In this document: piece by piece, positions 41,495 to 49,680 of the stretch
Position numbering within the stretch: position 1 is the stretch's first letter
Layout: the number at the start of each line of letters is the position of its first letter
Assembly (NCBI RefSeq): GCF_009914755.1
Contig: NC_060939.1
Strand: one strand, 5' to 3'
DNA length: 64,000 bases
Origin: the human T2T-CHM13v2.0 reference genome, Homo sapiens
Translations under genes and position numbers: made by a program
Notes under the pieces: generated by a model
What the model was told of the DNA's origin: nothing
Databases searched by the model: none
What the model saw: the letters and a program-made list of their open reading frames with translations, nothing else

Positions 41495-41683
41495 ACGTGT
41501 CCGGCTTGTGGCAGTTGTGTCCCTGACGGAAGTACTGGGGGTTCTCAATGACAGGGATGCGAGTCATGCCAATGACCACAGTGTCGGGCCCCGCATCCAG
41601 TGACGAGGGCGTGGTGATGCCGTGGTTGATGTGGTGCAGTGGGCTGGCTGAGTCCTCCTCACCACTGATGACAGCCACGGGAC
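41495..41683 (-). CDS. NTRK3: NTRK3/TrkC internal coding exon (exon 14, cytoplasmic juxtamembrane region, 189 bp, phase 1-1)
   Basis: Translates to (G)[62 protein letters not shown], recognised as TrkC. On the minus strand the acceptor is ...ctctcttggtgtgtgcag|GT and the donor is ACGT|gtaagt. Confidence 0.98.
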
Positions 41684-41713
41684 CTGCACACACCAAGAGA
41701 GACGCAGGACCTG

Positions 41714-41729
41714 GTGACGTCACATCCGG
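41714..41729 (-). promoter_or_regulatory. Overlapping ETS-CRE motif CCGGATGTGACGTCAC (perfect CRE palindrome)
   Basis: The plus strand reads gtgacgtcacatccgg, with TGACGTCA at 41715-41722. The motif is directly visible, but function is untested. Confidence 0.5.
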
Positions 41730-41813
41730 CCAGTTTCCAGCCCTGTCCACAGACAACCCCCAACTACTGTTCCCATCACAAACATTTTCTTTTTTTTACT
41801 TTTGGGGGGTGTG

Positions 41814-41816
<3 letters not shown>

Positions 41817-41876
<60 letters not shown>
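41817..41876. repeat. Perfect (TA)30 microsatellite
   Basis: Uninterrupted TA run. Confidence 0.98.
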
Positions 41877-41879
<3 letters not shown>

Positions 41880-41969
41880 TCAGTTGTTTGGGTTTCTGGT
41901 GTATTTTAGATATTAACCCCTTATCAGATATACATGGCTTACAATTTTTTTTCCATTCTATAGGTTGCC
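41880..41969 (-). mobile_element. Short L1 ORF2 3' fragment
   Basis: gtattttagatattaaccccttatcagatatacatgg...ttccattctataggttgcc. Confidence 0.8.
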
Positions 41970-42270
41970 TTTTTTTTTTCTTTTAAATGAAATAGAGTCT
42001 CTCTCCATCACCCAGGCTGGAGGGCAGTGGCGCCATCTTGGCTCACTGCAACCTCTACCTCCTGGACTCAAGCGATTCTCATGCCTCAGCCTCTCGAGTA
42101 GCTGGGATTACAGGTGCCTGCCACCATGCCTGGCTAATTTTTGTATTTTTCGTGGAGACAGGATTTTACCATGTTGGCCAGGATGGTCTCAAACTCCTGA
42201 CCTCAAGTGATCCACCCACCTCAGCCTCCCAAAGTGCTAGGATTACAGGTGTGAGTCATCATGCCCGGCC
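41970..42270 (-). mobile_element. AluS (Sx/Sz-like), full length
   Basis: ctcactgcaacctc...ctcaaactcctgacctcaagtgatccacccacctcagcctcccaaagtgc...gcccggcc. Confidence 0.96.
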
Positions 42271-42544
42271 CACATTTTCTTTATTAGCAAAATCCACTGG
42301 AAGCGTATTCCTCGAATGCTCTGTATTCTGAATTCAGAGAACCACCCTAAATTCTCTTTCTTGAGAATTACTCACCTATCAAACCATGGAAACAGCTGGA
42401 AAATCAAGGTAAATTTAAATGACCCTGGCATAAACTATTTTCACTTTCTCCCAAGTCCAAATTAGTTCAAAATAAGAGTTTTAAATACGTTTATTTTCTT
42501 ATGTAGCAACAATAGGATTTTAAAAATGACCTAGCAGTAGTGTG

Positions 42545-42705
42545 CACCCTGTACCTCCTCTTCTAGGGAGCTTTAACAATGTCTGATGCTGGATTTCATC
42601 CCCAGAGGTTCTGATTCCATTGGTCTGGGGGTGCAAGCTGGACATCAGATTGTGAGAGCTCCCCAGGTGAGTCCCATTTACAATCAGGATCAAGAAACTC
42701 TGATG
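42545..42705 (+). mobile_element. MER5-like hAT element
   Basis: ccccagaggttctgattccattggtctgggg...gctccccaggtga. Confidence 0.6.
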
Positions 42706-43029
42706 AGTGGCTCAAAGACCTAGAGCCTCTCCAGCTGGCCACCAGACTCCCAGGGGAGTATCCTCTATCTTTTACTGCACTCAGCCATCAACCCTCCCTT
42801 GTTCACAGGGAGGTAAGTCCACTGTGGGCCTGGACCTAAGCTGAGCCAAGTTTTACAAATGACAGTAACGAAGCTGCATCATGATCTCCATACCAGCAGC
42901 TGGGCCAGCTGCCCCACTCTTGAAATATCACATTGACCCAATGGCTTCAAAGAACATCATTTGTGTCTTCATCAACCCCAGTTCCACTCCCACTTCTTTC
43001 TAACCCAAAGAAGAAATCCAGTAAGGACA

Positions 43030-43554
43030 TACAGTTACTCAAAAAGCCCAAGATGGCAAAGATAATTAACGCTGCAGTCTTGGTAGAAGAATGCTTCTGT
43101 TTGGTGCCGTGGTTCTCCCATACATACAAATAAAACTCCTGTAAAGTGAATTAGCTGTGACTGTTTGTGGCTTCATACAACTGGCGTTTTGAATGGCTGC
43201 TTTGCTAGACACACAGGCCCCAGACAAAGTGCCTGCTGTGATTTGGTTTTGCAGCTTGAACAATATTTCCACTGCAGAAATCCATTACATCTTACTGAAG
43301 TTTATGGAGAGAATATTTCCCATCAAATAGCGAGGTGAAGCACCAATGAGGCAGAACTAAATGGGAGACTGGTAAATGCAAATGGAGGACCCTGAATTCC
43401 ACTCCATCAGCACAGACAGGCTTATTCCAATCCATGACAAATATCTGACTGTGTTTGGAGACCGTATGGAAAAGTAGCTGTAAGTGGTTGCCCAAATACT
43501 CACAATAATCACTTGCCTTGCAAAAAAGAAGCCAGTTCCTGAAAACACCTTGTA
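43030..43554 (+). mobile_element. Ancient non-autonomous mariner (MARNA-like)
   Basis: Decayed transposase N-terminus MAALLDTQAPDKVPAVIWFCSLNNISTAEIH/LTEVYGEN from ATG 43193. It is joined to the C-terminus LIPIHDKYLTVFGDRMEK* (TAG 43475-43477). The element ends ...gaaaacaccttgTA. Confidence 0.75.
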
Positions 43555-43599
43555 AACTTTTTGAAAAACTTTATAGCAAATTCCAGTTAAACAGGGAAA

Positions 43600-45300
43600 A
43601 CTAAGCACTGGTTTTTATCCTCTTTCCCTCCTCAAACATACACTAACCATTCCCTCTACTAAAATACAAAAAAGGAAATTCAAAAAATATCTGTGCACAA
43701 AGAGAAAGAGGAAAAGTGGTGATAAGAGAAAATAAGATAGTTCAATAATATTTTGGAATTTAAAAAGTCAAAAGAAGAAAGAGGCAAGAGGAGGAAAGAG
43801 GAAAGAGTTGAAGAAGAGATGACCAACAGGACTGCAGGGGGAATATTTGCAGGCAGCCAGTTCTGCTGGAAAGGATCACTATGTGAAAGGACAAGAGAGC
43901 CAGGAAGGCTGAGGTGGAGTGAGGCTCCAGGCGGGAACAAGGTGCCCCGCCCCCACTATCACCTTGCTCCCTTCCCACAGGACTCTAGTGGTTTACCCAG
44001 AGACATTGAACTCAGAAGGCTCAGGAGAGGGCTGGGATGAAGCATGAAGCTCAGCCCCTTCTTCCTGCAACCCTGCCTCCCCATCACACCAATCTCATCT
44101 CATACCAGCACCCTGCAGGAGATTAGAGAATACATCTCTGGATGAATTCTCTCAAAAAATACCTCTCGGTATGGACATTTGGAGATCTACCAGTGGAAAG
44201 TCAAGCTCATTCTGTGATCATGCCACAGTGAAACCTGCCAGTTGGCAAGCCCTACCCACGCACACAAGGCAGAATCGCACTAGCTTTCTAGGGCTCAATT
44301 CCTAAATATGAAGAAGCAGTCAAGATCACCAGGCACTTCAGCAAAGCTCCGGCATGGGAGAGCACAAGACAAGTAGACAATCAGCGACCTGCAGGAAACA
44401 GAGGCAATGCAGGAAGCAGAAGAAGACTTTCTAAAAAAAAAAAACTACTAATATCCTCAGAGATGTCAGTGAAAACACTGCATCTATACAAGCAAGGCAA
44501 TATTTAAAACGTGAACAATTCAAGGGTAGTGAAGAGTCCTTGGAAATTACGATCGTCAAAATTTTAAAGTTAAAGGAGAGTGGAAGATAAAGCCAAGAAA
44601 TCTTCCAGAAAATTAAACAAAGAGGAAAGAGGTGGTAAATAAAAAAGGAAAGATAAGAAAATCAAAGGTTTGATAAAGAGATCCACCATCTAATTAAAAG
44701 AAATCCCAGAGAGAGAGAGACAGGGAAAATGAATATGAACAGAAGAGATGAATGGAAAACTGAAAAACTTTTGGAAATTTCACCCAAATTACTTACCCAG
44801 TTTCCAGCACAATTAACACAAGTGCACAAATATGAATGTATGTGCACATACACGCACATACACACACACACGTATATCAAGGCACACAATTACAAAATGC
44901 CAGAGCCCTAGAGATAAAGAGAAGATGCTAAGAGCTTCCAGGCAAGAGGGATACATTTATAAAGGAACAGCAATCAGAAAGACAATGGAATCATTCTCTA
45001 TAACAATACCACTATTGTTATTCTACAGAGCAATTCCTTCAACATTTGGATGGGGAACTTTTTAACCTGGAAATCTACACCTAAAAAAAAAAAATCAATC
45101 CACTCTAAGAACAAAATAAAAGTATTTGCAAATGTGTAAAAATTTGCCTTGCTTGTCCCCGTCTTAGCATGCATCAGGAAGAGGGATGTCAGCAAAACAA
45201 GGGGGCAAGCAAGGAAAAGAGGAAGCTGGGGATTTAGTATCATAGAGAGGCAGTCTCAAGCCGCAGGGCTGCGGGAAGGAGGTGTCTGGAGCGAGAGATT
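43600..45300 (+). mobile_element. HAL1-like (half-L1, ORF1-only) element
   Basis: A-rich ORF1-like text gatccaccatctaattaaaagaaatcccagagagagag, aaaggaacagcaatcaga; HAL1-like 3' text agcaaggaaaagaggaagctggggat. Confidence 0.6.
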
Positions 45301-45699
45301 ACAGAATACAATGATGAAGACAGGATCCATGCCCAGGCTGTCTTGTTTACTCCAAAGCTCACAAGCCTTCCTGCAACTACAGACTACTTGCTTTATTAGA
45401 ATTGTAGACCACGGAATGCAGGAAGACACAAAGACCACACGCAACAGAAGTTCACCTCCAACCCCGCCCCTTTCTGTTCTCAGCATTATAGGATGTGGAT
45501 GGTTAAAGTGACATGGAGGAAGGACACAGAAGAGGGAGAAGTTTGAGAAGATACCACATCGAGACTTAAACCTTTTGTGAAAGGCAGTTTCTTTGAATCT
45601 GCTCACATAAAGTCCATAGATAGCAAGTAGTCAATGAAATGTTCCAAGAGCCTGGGATCTAAAACAGTCTCCACCTTCTCTACCTTATTTGAGGATTTG

Positions 45700-46420
45700 A
45701 AAAAGCTGTGTTAAGGTGCATAGATGGAAGTGTTCTGCCACAGACTCCCAAGCCACAGGAAGGAATAAGATCACCCAGGAAGACCTGAGAGAGATAAAAG
45801 AATAAAGCCAGACATCAGAGCCCTGGGGACCCCAATACTTAAAATGTGGGCATTAGAAGGGGAGCAAGGAAAAAGAGAACTGCCAGAGATGTGAAAGGAA
45901 ACCAGAAAAGGATACTGTCTTAGAATTCAAAGGAGGAGGCCAGGCGCAGTGGTTTATGCTTGTAATCCCAGCACTTTGGGAGGCCGAGGTGAGCAGATCA
46001 TGTGAGGTCAGGCATTCGAGACCAGCCTGGCCAACAAGGTGAAACCCAGTCAATACTAAAAATACAAAAATTAGCTGGGTGTGTTGGTGCATGCCTGTGA
46101 TCCCAGCTACTAGAGAGGCTGAGGCAGGAGAATCACTTGAACCTGGTAGTCGGAGATTGCAGTGAGCTGAGATGGCACCCACTGCACTCTAGCCTGGCAA
46201 CAGAGCAAGACTCCCTCTCAAAAGAAAGAAAGAAAGAAAGCATTCAAAGAAGGAGAGTGTCTAGAAGTTCAAGAGACAAATGCACTGAGGACAAACAGGA
46301 TTAAGCTTGAAAATGAGCCAACGTGTTGGAAAATGTGTAGGCGACCTTAATGAGAGAAGTTTCCATGGAATGTTAAGGAAAAGTCAAATTATAGTGAGTT
46401 GAGGAGTTAGTTGGAGAAAT
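45700..46420 (-). mobile_element. L2 fragment split by an Alu
   Basis: cagagccctggggaccccaatac...; aggattaagcttgaaaatgagcca...gaccttaatgagagaagtttcc. Confidence 0.55.
45938..46240 (+). mobile_element. AluS, full length, with (GAAA)n tail
   Basis: Dimeric Alu with approximate TSD agaattcaaaggagga/agcattcaaagaagga. Confidence 0.95.
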
Positions 46421-46434
46421 GCTGATGATTGTAA

Positions 46435-46670
46435 TAATTTTTATTATTGAATACTTCCTACACATCAGGCTCTGTAAAGGAGTTAATCTTATAATGCCTC
46501 TGTGACATTGGTACCATTATTTTCCCCATTTTAAAGACGGGGGCATTACAGCACAGAGCAGTGACCTGCCCAAGGACAGATGCCTAGCAAAGAAGTGGTG
46601 ATGCTGGAATTTAAACTCACAGTCTGGCTCCGGAGCCTGTGCTCATAACCCTCCGCCAGCACTGCCTCCC
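46435..46670 (-). mobile_element. MIR SINE
   Basis: ttattattgaatacttcct...ccccattttaaagacgggg...gtgacctgcccaagg. Confidence 0.7.
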
Positions 46671-47219
46671 TGAAAGTGCAGACTGTGGGGGAAAGAATTT
46701 ATGCAAAGGGATACTTGATCAATTCTGGTACATTATCTTCCTCATAAGCAGCTGCCTTCAATTGCAGCTCCCCAAGACCCTTTTTAAAGATGTTCCTCTT
46801 GACCCTTGAGAATTGGGATGGGAGTGAGTCACCTCATTAGACTCACCCAGATAGATTACAGATAATTCATCATGTCTTCTGATGTATGTCACTGCTGAAT
46901 GTTCCTATTAAGCTATATCCACAGCGGAAAAGAGCATCGCACCATCAGACTCTTGCCCCATTCCCAAGGCCCTCTTACTCACCTTTGCTCTTCCATAAAC
47001 TACATTCCTTAAAAGAAAACCCAATAAAAAGCACATAGGCCCATCACTTCAAAGGATGTAAGAGGAAGCCTCTGCAACTGGCCCCTGCCTGCTTGTGTCT
47101 GAGTCCAGCAGGGCTCCTTATAGGGCTACGGCTGGCACTGGGTCAAGACAAGTCTTCCTTGGACAGGGCTGTTCTAGGCATGTAGCAGCCCTAGACCTGG
47201 GCATGAAAAGCCAGTCTCA

Positions 47220-47400
47220 GCTTCATCAGCCATAACAAATGCACCACTCTGCGGAGGATGCTGATCATGAGGGAGGCTGTGCATGGGTAGGGGCATGGGG
47301 TAGATGGGAAATCTCTGTACCTTTTACTTGATTTTGCTGTGAACCTAAAATCACTCTAAAAATAAAGTCTAAAAGACAAAAATTTTAAAATGTAAAAAAA
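47220..47400 (+). mobile_element. L1MC1-like extreme 3' end
   Basis: aacaaatgcaccactctg...gggaaatctctgtacc...ttttgctgtgaacctaaaa...aataaagtct. Confidence 0.8.
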
Positions 47401-47775
47401 AAGTCCAGTCTCCCCACAAAACACACACACACATTTCCAAACATCCCCTGTGGTGACGGAGCTGTGCCAGGTTGAGAACCACTGAGAGAGACACCAACAT
47501 GTTACTCCATGAAACTCTGGCCAGTTCTCACATCACTTGCCTCAGGGGAAAACTCAAAGACCTGTAGCCCCTCTAGGGGAGGAAGCATTTGTTCTCACTG
47601 AGATTGTTCTCACCTTAATAACCACAGTGAAGAATTTGTTAAGATAGTGAAGGAGGGAAAAGTAATAGGGGGAAAAATATCTCAACTGTCTGGGCAGCTT
47701 TCTTCTATTTTCTTGAAGCTGCTGAGGTGGATGGCAGGTCAAGAGGAGTCAAGCTTTGATGTCTATTGAGCCCTC

Positions 47776-47776
<1 letters not shown>

Positions 47777-47812
<36 letters not shown>
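47777..47812. repeat. (CA)n microsatellite, ~17 units
   Basis: Direct observation. Confidence 0.95.
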
Positions 47813-47817
<5 letters not shown>

Positions 47818-48283
47818 GAAACACACAGCCCGCCTATTACCTGTTATCGGCCTCTCTGCTGTCACTAATCCATTCCAAATTACACAATTACTTTGTTATG
47901 CAACACTAATAATCAAAAAGAAGAGAAACATTCTCATAGCCTTTCTAGTAAATGCAAGCTTTGGAGAGAGACCCTCAAGGGAACAGAGGTCTGCACAGAC
48001 TCTCAATATCATATTATTCTCTTCTAAAATTGGTGCCTTGTTTTTTTCTTCAGATCCACGGTGGATTTTATTCTTCCAACCATATCATAACAGAACCATT
48101 GGATAACTGGAGAAACTCGATGGCCCTGACAGGTGTCTTTCCCCACAGAATGGTCCATATTCTCTGTCCAGAGGCTTTTCCTCCCCTCCCTGTTCTTCCA
48201 CAGGGGAAAAATGAGGGTGTAGAGCAAGGAATGGCTCCAATTCCATAAATGGTTTATTCCAAGTTGGGATTCAGGTTCCCAGA

Positions 48284-48873
48284 TGTTTGAAATGCTTGTT
48301 CCCCAGTGCCGTAAAGAAATAGCACTTGAACATAAATTTAATTTCCTCAGCAAGGCCGTTTTTATACTTTCTGCAGAAAAGATACACCCACCAGCAGTTT
48401 TGCCACGACAATACATTGAACAAAGGAGACAGGGTCATTTATAACCTGACACGTCCACCCTACTGCTGTGTCCGGTTTCCATTGGCTGGAATGGGACCTC
48501 ACATTCTATATTTGTCATGATTGGCTAGCAACTTAGAACTTTTTAAAAGAGGAAAAGCAGAGGAGAACCAAGGAAGGAGGAAGTAAATTGTGAAATGCTG
48601 AGAAAGGTAACAACACCTTCAAATAAGGAAGATGAACAGGCTATGACCTAATGCTTGCTTGGACCAGTATAAGCATGCCAGGGCAAATATTTAGGCTAAA
48701 TTGTGGGAGCTAAGAACATAAAGTACATTGATTTCTTTATTATGGCTAGCAGATATTTAAGAATGTTAGCACAGGTCTTTGAATAAATTTTGCTTCTAAG
48801 AGAAGTTACTATTTATTCCTAATTAGATGGGGAGGAAAGTCTTTGAAGAGGAATCTCTATTTTACTTTTTACA
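48284..48873 (-). mobile_element. ERV1 solo LTR, LTR10 family (LTR10C-like), 590 bp
   Basis: The minus strand reads TGTAAAAAGTAAAATAGAG...GCATTTCAAACA with a perfect 4-bp TSD CAGA (48280-48283, 48874-48877). It has two CCAAT boxes, a TATAAA and an ATTAAA. The subfamily name is from a recalled consensus. Confidence 0.85.
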
Positions 48874-49459
48874 CAGAGAAAGCAAAACTTTCTGATGGCA
48901 ACAGTGGAGAGGGAACTTCACTGCAGTAGCATGAACTTCCACCCAGGTGGGCTGAGCCCCAGTCCCAAGAGAGGAGCCTGGGACAACAAGTCACCATGAG
49001 GACCTGTGGGTACACCACCATTCTGCAGAAGCCTTTGGTGACTCCAGGGAAAGTTCTTCTCAGGGTTCATAATGCAGAAAGAGAGGGGGAAAGAGGTGGG
49101 TCACAAAAAATGAAGGAGGAAAAAGGAGCGGCCTCCCAGGGAATACACTGATACATCAATACTCACTCCCTCTTTCAGATCAGGGGAAAGACTGCCTTGG
49201 AATTATTTTCTCTAATGCCCTACTGTTGGCTCTAAAACTCCTTTCTCTTCCAGCAACTCTATGACTTACAGATCATTGACAATTCTCAGAAATGTGGCAC
49301 CAAGAAAATCCAGCCACTGGCCCAACCCTAGGGCATTTGCCCAGCCAACGTGTAGAAGTGGTTCTTCTCCAAATTCCAAAGGAGTGACAGAACCCCAAGG
49401 ATGCTGGGATCCCTGTGGTTTACAAGAAAAGGAAAGATGGAGGGAAAATAAAACTGACA

Positions 49460-49680
49460 TTAATTAAATACCAACTACATGCCAGATATGTTGCTGGGCA
49501 CTTTCTTCTCATCTCATTTGATCCTCAACAACTACCATTATTCTCATTTAATCAACAACAAAACCTATCCTCAAATAAGTTTAAGTCATTTTCAAAAATC
49601 ACCTAGTCAGGAAGTGGTGGAACCTGTATTTCAAGCCATTTTGTTTGACTCCAAAGTTCTGCGTCTTCCCACCAAACTAC
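49460..49680 (-). mobile_element. MIR SINE
   Basis: ctacatgccagatatgttgctgggcacttt...tctcatttgatcctcaacaac...tttgactccaaag. Confidence 0.65.

Noticed and set aside
41277-41756. 159-aa ORF as a stand-alone gene
   Set aside because: Only 41495-41683 is TrkC. The flanks are intronic, bounded by canonical splice sites, and the ORF start is a non-ATG codon.
41965-42331. Alu-derived ORFs (also at 34438, 34800, 45853 and 52867)
   Set aside because: These are standard Alu translation artefacts ([20 protein letters not shown]).
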